NCBI RefSeq assembly: GCF_963921235.1
Contig: NC_086097.1
Location: 252,404,001-252,468,000 of the forward strand
DNA: 64,000 nucleotides
Origin: Mobula hypostoma
Taxonomy: Eukaryota
Direction of reading: 5' to 3'
Part shown: positions 1 through 12,497 of the stretch, in pieces
Numbering within the stretch: position 1 is the stretch's first letter
Layout of the letters: every line of letters begins with the position of its first letter
Program-made: the position numbers and the translations under genes
The notes under the pieces: model-generated
Told to the model about the DNA's origin: nothing
Database searches by the model: none
The model's input: only the letters and a program-made list of their open reading frames with translations

Positions 1-279
1 CCACTATAGGAAACTTCCTCTCCACATCCACTCTGTCTAGGCCTTTCAATGTTCAATAGATTTCAGTGAGATCTCTGAGATTGGCTTGCTTTGCTCAGTC
101 ATTTTATATTAATAATTTAAATAGGTAGAATTTGGATGAACTCTGAAATAAGTGTTTTGTGAAGTTGTTATTTAATGGGTGTGTTTCTAGTTCACCATCT
201 GATTTATGATGGACAATGAATCCATGAACACTACCTCACTTTTTACTTTTTATATTAATATTTTTATTATTATGTATTG

Positions 280-587
280 TGTGGCACATGGCCAAGTGGT
301 TAAGGCGTTCGTCTAATGACCTGAAGGTCGCTAGTTTGAGCCTTGGCTGAGGCAGCGTGTGTGTGTCCTTGAGCAAGGCACTTAACCACACATTACTCTG
401 CCACAACACTGGTGCCAAGCTGTATGGGTCCTAATGCCCTTCCCTTGGACAACGTCAGTGGCGTGGAGAGGGGAGACTTGCAGCATGGGCAACTGCCAGT
501 CTTCCATACAACCTTGCCCAGGCCTGCGCCCTGGAAACCTTCCAAGGTGCAAATTCATGGTCTCACGACACTAACGGAGGCCTACAA
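280..587 (+). mobile_element. tRNA-derived SINE with CORE/Meta-like central block, 12-bp TSD
   Basis: tRNA-like head (TGGCCAAGTGGTTAAGGCG...AGTTTGAGCC) and GTGTCCTTGAGCAAGGCACTTAACC block; direct repeat TATTATGTATTG at 268-279 and 588-599; second copy at ~22113. Confidence 0.85.
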
Positions 588-980
588 TATTATGTATTGC
601 AATATACTCCTGCCACAAAACAACAAATTTCACAAATGTCAGTGATATTAAACCTGATTCTGATTCACTAATTCAACAATCATTGCCTTCAACATGGCAG
701 CATCCATCAGAAAGGATCCCCGTCACCCAGGGCATGCCCTCATTGCTACCATCGGGGGGGATGTACAGGAGCCCGAAGAAACATTCAACTTCTTCCTCTC
801 TGCCATCAGACTTCTAAATGGACAATGAACCCATGAACCTCACTTATTTGGTTCTTTTAGCACTAATTAAATTTGTTATATATATTTCGTATTGTATAGT
901 TTTTAGTATATATTGCAATGTACTGCTGATTGAAAACAACATATTTCATGACGTATATCAGTGATATTAAACCTGAATAT

Positions 981-3078
981 GACCCCTCCAGCACCACCAC
1001 CTCCATCTGGCAGAACTGGTCTTCACCCTCAACAACTTTCCTTCAGCTCCTGCCGCTTTCTCCTGATTTGGGGTAACCATGGGCACCCGAATGGACCCCA
1101 GCTATGCCTGCCTCTTCACTGGATATGTAGAACTGTCCATGTTCCAAGTCTTCCCTGGTACTACCCCTCACTCTTCCCCTGCTGCCTCATGCGCCCATGG
1201 TGAGCTTGTCAATTTCGCCACCTTTGCCTCCAACTTTCACCTTGCCCTTAAATTCACTTGGTTTGCTTCTGACAGCTCCCTCTCCCTCTCCCTCTCCCTC
1301 TCCCTCTCCCTCTCCCTCTCCCTCTCCCTCTCCCTCTCCCTCTCCCTCTCCCTCTCCCTCTCCCTCTCCCTCTCCCTCTCCCTCTCCCTCTCCCTCTCCC
1401 TCTCCCTCTCCCTCTCCCTCCCCCTCTCCCCCTCTCCCCCTCTCCCCCTCTCCCCCTCTCCCCCTCTCCCCCTCTCCCCCTCTCCCCCTCTCCCCCTCTC
1501 CCCTCTCCCCCTCTCCCCCTCTCCCCCTCTCCCCCTCTCCCCCTCTCCCCCTCTCCCCCTCTCCCCCTCTCCCCCTCTCCCCCTCTCCCCCTCTCCCCCT
1601 CTCCCCCTCTCCCCCTCTCCCCTCTCCCCCTCTCCCCCTCTCCCCCTCTCCCCTCTCCCCCTCTCCCCCTCTCCCCCTCTCCCCCTCTCCCCCTCTCCCC
1701 CTCTCCCCCTCTCCCCCTCTCCCCCTCTCCCCCTCTCCCCCTCTCCCCCTCTCCCCCTCTCCCCCTCTCCCCCTCTCCCCCTCCCCCCCCTCTCTCCCCC
1801 TCTCTCTCTCGCTCTCTCTCTCCCTCCCTCCCTCCCCCCCGGACACAAACTGTCAACCGACATCTTTTATAAACCTACTGATTCCCACTGCTATCTTGAC
1901 TATACCTCTTCCCACCCCGTCTCCTGTAAGATTGCTATTCCTTTTTCTCAGTTTCTTCACCTCCACCACATCAGGTCATGGCTTTTCGTTCCAGGACATC
2001 AGATATGTTCTCTTTAAAGAACAGTGTTTCCCTTCCTCCATTATTGATGCTGCCCTTACCTGCATCTCCTCAATTTCCTGAACATCCTCACTCTCTCCAT
2101 CTTCACGCCATTGTAAGAATAGAGATCCTCTTGTCCTCACCTCCCACCCCATGAGCCTCCACGTCCAACATATCATTCTCCACAACTTCCGCCATCCCCA
2201 GGGATCCTGACACCAATATCATCACCTGCACCCTTCTCTCTCTTTGTTGCAGGGTCTTCGTAATTCCCTTGTCCATTCATCCCTCCCTACTAATCTCCTT
2301 CCAGGCATTTATCCCTGCAAGTGGCCAAAGTGTTACACCTGCCCATTTACCTCCTCCCTAACCTCCATTTAGGCCCCCAAGCAGTCATTCCAGGTGAGGC
2401 AACACTTCACCTGCAAATCGGCTGGGGTCACCTATTGTGTCTGGCGCTCCCGGTACTGCCTCTAAATTGGTGCAAACTGTTGTAAATTGGGGATCATTTC
2501 ATCAAGCACCTCCACTCCATCCACCAAAAGTGGAACTTCCTGGTGGCCAAACATTTTAATTCCCATTCCTGTTCTTACATGTCAGGCCATGGCTGCCTCT
2601 TGTGCCAAGATAAGGCAACTCTCAGGGTGGAGGAGCAACACTTTGTATACTTTCTGGGTACCCTCCAACCTGATGGTATAACATTGATTTCTCCTTCCGG
2701 TTAAAAAAAATCCACCCCTTCCCTCTATTTCCCACTCTGGTCTTTACCTCTTCTCACCTGTCTATCACCTCTCTCTGGGTCCTCTCTTCCTTCCCTTTCT
2801 CCTATGGTCCACTTCTCTCCTATCAGATTCCTTCCTCTCCACCCTGTTGCCTTTCCCACCCACCTGGCTTTATCTATCACCTTCTTGCAATCCTCTTTCC
2901 CCTACTGCCACCTTTTTATTCTGGTGCCTCTTCCCTTCCTTTCCAGTCCTGATAAAGGGTCTTGGCCCAAAATGTTGACTGTTCATTAATTTTCACAGAT
3001 GCTGCCTGACCTGGGTTCTTCCAGCATTTTGTGTGTGTTGCTTTGGATTTCCAGCATCTGCAGAATTCCTTGTGTTTA
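981..3078 (+). mobile_element. Degraded Penelope-like retroelement (RT C-terminus, GIY-YIG region, 3' terminus)
   Basis: [13 protein letters not shown] and [34 protein letters not shown] match PLE RT/thumb motifs; downstream endonuclease-region DNA matches the copies at 20270-20450 and 50344-50574; decayed hammerhead-type end at ~2944-2981. Confidence 0.8.
1277..1840. repeat. (CTCTCC)n changing to (CTCTCCCC)n polypyrimidine array
   Basis: Pure 6-mer to ~1420, then mostly 8-mer with occasional 7-mers. Confidence 0.98.
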
Positions 3079-5194
3079 TAGACAAATAAAGTGTTGGGAT
3101 TGGAAAATAAGGCTGTATCCATGAGTGAGAGTGAATGTCCTGTTCTGACAAACATTCACATATCTGTGCAATAATCATTTTCATTCAACACACTGTCTGG
3201 CCTGAAAATTCCCGATTAGCATTGCTGCTTTGAGCGAAGACGTGCTTTAGGGAGATTAAGAGAAGTTCCATTACTGTGCTCTGGTGTGACTGTAAGGGTG
3301 TCAAAGGTTATGGGGAGAATGGGATTGAGAGGGATATAAATCACCCATGATGGAGCAGACTCAATGACCCGAATGGCCGAAGTTGCTCCTTTGTCTTATC
3401 GTTTAAATTGAAATTAATGAATTAATTCATGTATACTAACTTTAAATGGGATTGCAGAAATTACTAAAAAAATTTTTTGCAACTGGGAAGGAATAAGGTA
3501 AATATATGCTCACTCATCTGCTGGCAAATTGCACGTTGACTGAAGATTGCGAGTATGCAGAAGGGAGATTTTGCAGGATGGGTCGTATACACAGGGTATA
3601 CTCAATGCTTCTGGTCCCTATTAGCAGCAAATCTGAAATTGTGAAGTGAGTGTTGATAGAATGTTTGATTACTGGGGCTTCTTGTTCCTATTGATACTAA
3701 ACAACAACTTGGTGTAATGCATAAATTTAATCAGCACTGTGTTGTGAGTGGCTTTTATTTCTTTCAACTCTATTAAAGCAACTCACCTCCACCCAGATCC
3801 CAATGGAGCAGAGACTATAGGATGAATGGGAAATTGTTCAAATTTTACTGTGTGTCCTACAGATCCTGTCTCACTAAACTGTGGCATGCTGATGAGATGT
3901 ATATATTGCCTTATTCCATAAAATAGCAGCAGAATTAGGCCATTCAGCCCATCGTCTTCTCCATTTCATCATAGCTGATTTATTATCCCTCTCAACTCCA
4001 TTCTCCTACCTTCTCAAAGTTCAAATTTATTATTGAGGTGTGAATAGGTTATACAACCTTGAGATTCTTCTTGAAGGCCTTCACGAAAACAAAATAAACC
4101 ACAACAGAGTTCACCAAAAAACATGCACCCAAGACCGTCACATTTTCAATTTGCAAAAAAGGACAAATCATGCAAATGGTTTAAAAAAAAAAGGTATCCA
4201 AAACACATGGAACATGAACTGCAGAGTCCCCGGAAGTGAGTGAGCAAAGGTTGTCTCTAACCTTTGACACCCTGACTAATCAAATATACCCAATGACTTG
4301 GCCTCTATGGTCTTCTATAGCAATGGATTCCACAGATTCACCACCCTGAACTTCCTCCTGCTGACTGCAGCATTTGAGAGAATGAACATTGCCTGGACAG
4401 CTGTAAAATGAAACCCCGCTGTCAACTTGACAAGTTTATATTCTATCACACCTGCACAACCCCCTTTGGTTTTCCTTGACACACCCATGAAGAAATCTTT
4501 AGAGCAAAAAAACATTTTGGCCCAGTGCAGGCCTTTCGGCACACAATATTCTTGAAGGCACTCTAAGATCAAACTAACTGATGTTTCCCATATAGTCTTC
4601 CATTTTTTCATCATCCATGTGCCTAAATCTCTGTAATGCATCTGCCTCTACCACCACTTCCAACAAGGCGTTTCACCACTCTATTAAAACAAACCTATCT
4701 CTGACATCCCTCCCTATACTTAAGCCATTTCCACCAGGGATGAAGTCTCTGGCTATCCACTCAATCTATGCTTCTTATCATCTTGTACACCTGTATCAAG
4801 TCACCTCTCATCCTCCATCACTGGAAAGGGAAAAGCCGTAGCTCGGTCTAAGACATGCTTGCTCTACGACATGCTCTCTAATCCAGGCAGCCTCATGGTA
4901 AATCTGGGTTGCTTCTGACCAAATGCAACATTGATCATAAAATTCACCTCTAGTGCAGTCGTATAACTTTTAGCCACCTGAAGTAAAAAGTCTCATTCAT
5001 GGCACTCGAGATTTACTGGGCAGGGATGATCCCTGTCTTCCTGTGTACCTCAAGCCAGGAGAGGGATCTGAATCAGGTCTAACATCACTGACATATGTCA
5101 TGAAATGTGTTGTTTTGCAGCAGCAGTACATCGCAATTGGGATAGAAAAGGCTCTATCCATTGGTAAGGTTTGCAAACCAACGCCAATGCTTCA

Positions 5195-5480
5195 TTTATT
5201 CATTTTGAGATAAAGCGTGGAACAGGCCTTTCCAGCTGCACCACCTGGCAATCCACCTACCGAACTCTCGCCCAATCACAGCACAACTTGTAATGACCAA
5301 TTAACTGACAAACTCGTCCGTCTTTTGACTGTGGGAAGAACCCGGAGCACTTGGAGGAAACCTGTGCAGTTAAGGGGAGAACATACAAATCCCTTACTGA
5401 CCGTGCCAGAATTGAACTCCAAACTCCGATGCCGCAAGCTGCAATAACGTCACGCTGACTGCTATGCCTCGGTGGCACCC
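5195..5480 (-). mobile_element. V-SINE/HE1-like SINE
   Basis: Reverse complement contains the GTTTCCTCC..GTGCTCCGGGTTCTTCCCACAGTC block shared by many copies in the window. Confidence 0.7.
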
Positions 5481-5960
5481 CTATAATCAGGCCAATGTCT
5501 CCAGCACAGAGCTTCCAACCATCAGTCACACCAATGAGTAGATAGCAGCACCTGATGTTCTCTGAAATGGGAACCATCGTGACATAATCTCCAAACAGAT
5601 CAAAGACCAATGGTCAGTCAGAAGCCTGGAAGAAGGCCGAAGCCTGGAGGCCTATCCCGGAGTGTAAGGACTAACTGTGTGTGAGGGTGGGAGAGGGAAA
5701 GGGGTTTCTTCTGTTGTTTTGTTGTGTCCTGTGTTGTTCTGCAGGGCATTGTGGGCATGGTATGTTGGCACTGGAATGTGTGGTGACACTAGCGGGCTGC
5801 CCCCAGCACATCCTTGGTTGTGCTGTTTGTTAAAACATTTCACTGTATGTTTTGATGGAGTGTGATAGATCCAAATCAAGCTGACAGAAGAATCTTTGCA
5901 ACACACATCAAAGTTGCTGGTGAATGCAGGAGGCCAGGCAGCATCTCTAGGAAGAGGTAT

Positions 5961-5995
5961 AGTCAACGTTTCGGGCCGAGACCCTTCGTCAGGAC
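5961..5995 (-). ncRNA. Minimal hammerhead ribozyme motif (GUU triplet)
   Basis: Minus strand reads GTC CTGACGA A GGG TCTCGG CCC GAAAC GTT GACT. Confidence 0.6.
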
Positions 5996-5999
5996 AAAG

Positions 6000-6035
6000 A
6001 GTCCTGACGAAGGGTCTCGGCCTGAAATGTCGACT
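6000..6035 (+). ncRNA. Minimal hammerhead motif, slightly decayed
   Basis: AGTC CTGACGA A GGG TCTCGG CCT GAAAT GTC GACT; two C>T changes relative to the intact copies. Confidence 0.5.
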
Positions 6036-6409
6036 GTACCTCTTCCTAGAGATGCTGCCTGGCCTGCTGTGTTCACCAGCAACTTTGATGTGTGTTGCTT
6101 GAATTTCCAGCATCTGCAGATTTCCTCGTGTTCGCGAGAAGAATCTTTGCGATGATTTTGAAGTCTCCTGGTGAGCAGGTTGCATTGTTGACTCCTGTGA
6201 ATCTCTGGTCAGTGGCTGCTCATTGGAGGCAAAGAATCCAAAAGCTCAGAGTGCCTCCAACCCCTTAACAGGCCCACAGAGGCCAAGTGAAAGAGGAGGG
6301 GAAGGTACTAAGAACATATACCAAGCTGGAGGAACTCGGCAAGTTACATATCGATGGAAATAAACAAACAGTCACTGTTTCAAGCCGAGACCCTTCCTTA
6401 GGACATGTA

Positions 6410-7288
6410 CTAATAGGGATATATACAGAAAGGTGATGGAAAATCTCCAGTAACATCATGAAGGATCCCACACACCCTGCTCATGGGATGTTTGCCTACG
6501 CTTATCAGGGAGGAGACTACGTAGCATCCAAGCCAGGAACACCAGACCCAAAAACAGTTACTTTCCCCAAGCAGTGAGGCTGATCAACACCTCCACCCAC
6601 TAACACACCCCTCCACACCCCCAACCACCACTACTTTATCATTTCCTGCCTTATGTACAGACACTCCTGTGCCTAGTGTCACTTTATGGACATTCAATCA
6701 ATCCCTATATATAAGCTGTCTTATGTATTTGTATTTATATTCACTAGAATTCAGAAAAATGATGTGGGATCTCACTGAAACCTGTCTAATGTTGAAGGGC
6801 CTCAACAGAGTGGATGTGGAGAGGATGTTTCCCATGGCGAGAGAGTCTAAGACTAGAGGGCACAGCCTCTGAATAGAGAGATGTCCGTTTAGAACGGAGA
6901 TGAGGAGAAATTTCTTTAGGCAGAGAATGGTGAATCTGTGGAATTCGTGGCCACAGGCTGTTGTGGAGGCCAAGTCATTGGGTATATTTAAGTCAGAGTT
7001 TGAGGGATTCTTGATTGGTCAGGGCATGAAGGGATATGGAGAGAAGGCAGGAGATTGGCTGAGAGGGAAAATGGATCAGCTATGATGAAATGGTGGAATG
7101 GACTCCATGGGCCAAATAGCCTAATTCTGCTTCTATATCTCATGGTCTTTTGGTCTTGTATATGTTATATTATTAAATTATTATTGTGTTCTTTACCTTT
7201 TTTTGTGCTGCATCGGATCTGGAGTAACAATTACTTCATTCTCCTTTACTCTAATGCACTGGAAATGATATTGAATCTCCAGTCTTGA
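6410..7288 (+). mobile_element. Rex1/Babar-type LINE 3' end interrupted by a CR1 3' fragment (~6740-7157)
   Basis: IMKDPTHPAHG..F and KNSYFPQAVRLIN codons plus a 3'UTR matching 62090-62545; the nested piece encodes CR1 YSLEFRK..DL.ET and NFFRQRMVNLWNS. Confidence 0.75.
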
Positions 7289-7619
7289 GAACTTCCCAAA
7301 CAGTTCACCACCTTGTGCCCAAGTCTGAGTTCCAGCCCAGACTTAGTGAGCTTGGAGCCCAAATAACCAGAATAAAAATGCAATTTCTTTGCACTTATGG
7401 GGATTCTAAGAGGAAGAGCATTGTACTGGTGTAACTAACACTGTGTTCTGAATGGAATGAGTTGGAAATTTAATACTAAGAAAAGCCAGTAGTAGCCAAG
7501 AATGTTTCAATTACTTTATACTCCTGCATTCCATTCATAGCTTAATAACTTCCTTGGCAACAGAAGCAGTAATTTTTTTGCACAAGATAAATGTATTTAA
7601 AATGTTCAGCACCTCACAT

Positions 7620-7866
7620 AGGTTAGCACAACACTTTACTGTACAGGCGACCTGGGTTCATTTCCCATCACTGCCTGTAAGGAATTTGTATGTTCTCCCC
7701 CTGAACGCGTGGGTTTCCTCACACAGTCCAAAGACGTACCAGTTAGTAGGTTCATTGGTCATTGCAAATTGTCCTGTGCTTAGGCGAGGGTTAAATCGGG
7801 GGATTACTGGGTGACAAGGCTTGAGGAACTGGAAGGGCCTGTTCAGTACTGCATGTCAATAAATAA
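7620..7866 (+). mobile_element. V-SINE/HE1-like SINE
   Basis: GTATGTTCTCCCC...GCGTGGGTTTCC...CAGTCCAAAGACGTACC core with (AATA)n tail. Confidence 0.7.
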
Positions 7867-8299
7867 ATTAATTAATAGCTTCCATGGCACCAGAACAGTA
7901 TTTTTGCATAAAATATATCTATTTAAAATGTTCAACACTAAGGTCATTCCATTCAACCAAACAAGCAGTTTTATTAAATAGACAGATCAGATTTGAAATC
8001 TTTTGATTTATCTTTTCCCAACACAGTATATCTATCTTAATCAGAATACCTGCACCTTGTTCGGTACAGTAGTTTTCACTACAATTTAATATGCCTTTAT
8101 TTTCAACCAATTAACCTTGAGCTTGATTTCTTCGCATAATCACAAAAGTGTGTTAATTCAAACATCACAATTTCGATGTAAGTGAGCTCGTTTCAGTGTT
8201 GACCTCATTTGGCTTGCTAGCTTGTTCGTTATTCTCTGCTTATCTAAAACTTGATGGGTTGTCTGTGTTTTTTGATGCAGAAATACCTATTAAAACAAT

Positions 8300-8770
8300 C
8301 AGTCAGGTTTAATACCATGAAATTTGTTATTTTGCAGCAGCAGTACATAATAATGAAAACTATAAATTACACTAAGTACAGTACACATAAAAAATAAATT
8401 AAATAAGTGCAAAAAGAGGGGAAAATAGTGAGGTGGTGTTCATGGGTTCATCGTCCAATCAGAAATCTGATGGTGGAGGGGAAGAAGCTGTTCCCGAAAC
8501 ATCGAGTGCGTGTCTTCAGGCTCCTGTACCTCCTCCCTGATGGTAGCAATGAGAAGAGGGCACGTCCTGAGTGATGGGGTCCTTCATGACAGATGCTGCC
8601 TTTTTAAGTCATTGCCGTTTGAAGATGCCCTCAATTCTGGGGAGGCTGGTGCCCATGATGGAGCTGGCTGAGTTTACAACTTCCTGGAGCTTTTTCTGAG
8701 CCTGTTCAGGGGCCCCTGCATGCCAGACGGTGATGCAACCAGTTAGAATGTTCCCCATGGTACATCTGTT
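8300..8770 (-). mobile_element. Rex1/Babar-type LINE 3' fragment
   Basis: ORF 8609-8914 contains NILTGCITVWH...KKLQEVVNSASSIMGTSLPRIE. Confidence 0.7.
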
Positions 8771-8939
8771 CTTCAGTCTTGGACTTTTATAGCTGTTAGC
8801 ATTTGCCTTTTTGAAAGCTGCAGACTGGCTCTCAAGGGTGCCATGTTGGTGCATGAGGGTCACACACAGTGTACGATCAATGTGCCATGTTACAATCGTT
8901 ACTTGTACTTTCATTTGATCTAGTCACATGTTGTACAGT

Positions 8940-9190
8940 ATATGAGGTACTGCAGCTCCGGTCTGGGTTTGGTCTCATCATGGCAGTAGAGGAAGAGATG
9001 TCAGAATAGGAATAGAAAGTCAAATTGAAATGGTGGCCACTGGGAGACCCTGCCCCCTTCATTTCCAGTCCTGATGAAGGTGTTTTGACCTAAAACATTG
9101 ACTGTTTATTTACTTTCATAGATGAGTTCCTGCAGCATTCTGTGTGCGCTACTCCAGATTTACAGCATCTGCAGAGTCTTGTGTGTTTTT
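8940..9190. mobile_element. Old PLE fragment: inverted endonuclease-region piece plus 3' terminus
   Basis: 8940-9050 resembles the reverse complement of the PLE endonuclease region; 9066-9104 CAGTCCTGATGAAGG...AAAACATTGACTG is a decayed hammerhead end. Confidence 0.6.
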
Positions 9191-9994
9191 GGGAATGTTC
9201 CACATCGCACAGACAGTGAAGTTTAATGTGCTTTTAACTCAGGTAGTTGGTCCATTAGGGAGATTCCCTGTTCTCTGCTGAACCTCCATTCATTTTCTCT
9301 CCCTCTCTTCCCGTACCTGAAGCATCACCTGCTTCCCTTCCAGCTGGCTGCCAGCCAACCACCCTTAGCTACTGCTCATCTTGAAACTGAGAGTCAAAAA
9401 CTTCAAAGTACATTTATTATCAAAGTACATATGTCCTGAGTATATAATCCTGAGATTCATTTTCTTGTGGGCATACTCAATAAATCCATAATAGAATAAT
9501 AACCATAATAGAATCATTGAAAGACTGCAGCCACCTGGGTGTTCAATCAGCGTGCAAAAGGCACAAACTGTTGAAATAATAATAATAATAAATAAACAAT
9601 AAATATCGAGAACAGGAGATGAAGAGTCCCTGAAAGTGAGTAGAAATCTGTAGCAGGATTGTAGAATGATTCAAAGTTCAAAATAAATTTATTATCAAGG
9701 TACATGTATGTCACCATGTACAACCCTGAGATTCAGTTTCCTGTGGGCATTTAGACTAGAATAGAATCGATGAAAACTGCACACAACAACAACGGAGAAA
9801 GACGCAATGTGCAAAAGATAATGAACAGTATAAATATGTAAAAATTAACAATAAATATCGACAACATGAGTTGTAGAGCCCTTAAAAGAGAGACCTTCAG
9901 ACATAGGAACAGAATTAGGCCATTCAGCCCATTGAGTCTGCTCTACCATCCCACTCAATGCCATACACCTGCCTTCTCGCCACATCCTTTGATA

Positions 9995-12022
9995 CATGGA
10001 AACATAGAAAATAGGTGCAGGAGTAGGCCATTCGGCCCTTCGAGCCTGCACCGCCATTCAGTATGATCATGGCTGATCATCCAACTCAGAACCCAGTACC
10101 AGCCTTCCCTCCATACTCCCTGATCCCTTTAGCCACAAGGGCCATATCTAAATCCCTTTTAAATATAGCCAATGAACTGGCCTCAACTGTTTCCTGTGAC
10201 AGAGAATTCCACAGATTCACCACTCTCTGTGTGAAGAAGTTTTTCCTAATCTCAGTCCTAAAAGGCTTCCCCTTTATTCTCAAACTGTGACCCCTCGTTC
10301 TGGACTTCCCCAACATCGGGAACAATCTTCCTGCATCTAGCCTGTCCAATCCCTTTAGGATTTTATACGTTTCAATCAGATCCCCCCTCAATCTTGTAAA
10401 TTCCAGAGAATACAAGGCTAGTCGATCCAGTCTGTCATCATATGAAAGTCCTGCCATCCCAGGAATCAATCTAGTGAATCTTCTTTGTACTCCCTCTATG
10501 GCAAGGATGTCTTTCCTCAGATTAGGGGACTAAAACTGCACACAATACTCCAGGTGTAGTCTCACCAAGGCCTTGTACAACTGCAGTAGTACCTCCCTGC
10601 TCCTGTACTCGAATCCTCTCGCTATAAATGCCAGCATACCATTCGCCTTTTTCACCGCCTGCTGTACCTGCATGCCCACTTTCAATGACTGGTGTATAAT
10701 GACACCCAGGTCTCGTTGCACCTCCCCTTTTCCTAATCGGCCACCATTCAGATAATAATCTGTTTTCCTGGTTTTGCCACCAAAGTGGATAACTTCACAT
10801 TTATCCACATTAAATTGCATCTGCCATGAATTTGCCCACTCACCCAACCTATCCAAGTCACCCTGCATCCTCTTAGCATCCTCCTCACAGCTAACACTGC
10901 CGCCCAGCTTCGTGTCATCCGCAAACTTGGAGATGCTGCATTTAATTCCCTCATCCAAGTCATTAATATATATTGTAAACAACTGGGATCCCAGCACTGA
11001 GCCTTGCGGTACCCCACTAGTCACTGCCTGCCATTCTGAAAAGGCCCTGTTTATTCCCACTCTTTGCTTCCTGTCTGCCAACCAATTCTCTATCCACATC
11101 AATACCTTACCCCCAATACTGTGTGCTTTAAGTTTGCACACTAATCTCCTGTGTGGAACCTTGTCAAAAGTCTTTTGAAAATCCAAATATACCACATCCA
11201 CTGGTTCTCCCCTATCCACTCTACTAGTTCCATCCTCAAAAAATTCTATGAGATTCGTCAGACATGATTTTCCTTTCACAAATCCATGCTGACTTTGTCC
11301 GATGATTTCACCGCTTTCCAAATGTGCTGTTATCACATCTTTGGTAACTGTGACTCTAGCATTTTCTCCACCACCGATGTTAGGCTAACCGGCCTATAAT
11401 TCCCCGGTTTCTCTCTCCCTCCTTTTTTAAAAAACGGGGTTACATTAGCCACCCTCCAATCCTCAGGAACTAGTCCAGAATCTAAAGAGTTTTGAAAAAT
11501 TATCACTAATACATCCACTATTTCTTGGGCTACTTCCTTAAGCACTCTGGGATGCAGACCATCTGGCCCTGGGGATTTATCTGCCTTTAATCCCTTCAAT
11601 TTATCTAACACCACTTTCCTACTAACATGTATTTCCCTCAGTTCGTCCATCTCACTGGACCCTCTGTCCCCTACTATTTCCGGAAGATTATTTATGTCCT
11701 CCTTAGTGAAGACAGAACCAAAGTAATTATTCAATTGGTCTGCCATATCCTTGCTCCCCATAATCAATTCACTTGTTTCTGTCTGTAAGGGACCTACATT
11801 TGTCTTAACCAATCTTTTTCTTTTCACATATCTATAGAAGCTTTTACAGTCAGTTTTTATGTTCCCTGCCAGTTTTCTCTCATAATCTTTTTTTCCCCTT
11901 CCTAATTGAGTCCTTTGTCCTCCTCTGCTGGACTCTGAATTTCTCCCAGTCCTCAGGTGAGTCACTTTTTCTGGCTAATTTGTATGCTTCTTCTTTGGAA
12001 TTGATACTATCCCTAATTTCCC
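9995..12022 (-). mobile_element. CR1 LINE, 5'-truncated (RT and 3' tail), nested in an older CR1 3' end (~9900-12497)
   Basis: ORFs 10086-11965 with [32 protein letters not shown] and NFFTQRVVNLWNSL; (CATAGAAA)n-type tail; near-identical to 58390-60403. Confidence 0.95.
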
Positions 12023-12497
12023 TTGTACCCTGACCAATCAGGAACGATTAACTTCTGCCTTAAATATACACATGGACTTGGCCTCCACTGCAGCCTATGG
12101 CAGAGCATTCCACAGATTTACTACTCTTTGGCTAAAAAAATTCCTCTTACTTCTGTTCTAAAGGGTCGCCCTCCAGTTCTGGATACCCCCACCATAGGGA
12201 ACATAATCTCCACATCCACCCTATCGCGTCCTATCAGCATTTGATAGGTTTCAATGAGATCCCCTCACATTCTTTTAAACTCCAGCGAGTACAGGCCCAA
12301 AGCTACCAAACGCTCCTCACGTGTAAACCTCTCCATTCCCGGAATCATCCTCGTGAACCTCCTCTGGACTCTCTCCAATGACAACGCATCCTTTCTGAGA
12401 TATGGGACCCCAAATGTTGACAATACTCAAATTGCAGCCTGATTAGTGTCTTATAAAGGCTCAGCATTATCTGCTTGCTGTTGTATTCTATTCCTCT

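Larger units (their letters stand above)
5900..6136 (+). mobile_element. Short fold-back PLE insertion (98-bp inverted arms plus 38-bp tail), 14-bp TSD
   Basis: Arms 5898-5995 and 6001-6098 are reverse complements (~7 mismatches) around a 5-nt loop; AGAAGAATCTTTGC at 5886-5899 and 6137-6150. Confidence 0.9.

Noticed and set aside
281..352. tRNA gene candidates (also 22113 and 57095)
   Set aside because: Heads continue into SINE bodies, with TSDs or other copies in the window; no convincing cloverleaf or terminator.
1079..2081. Long Pro/Ser/Leu and Gly/Glu/Arg ORFs
   Set aside because: Open only because the CT array has no stop codons; the flanks are PLE relics.
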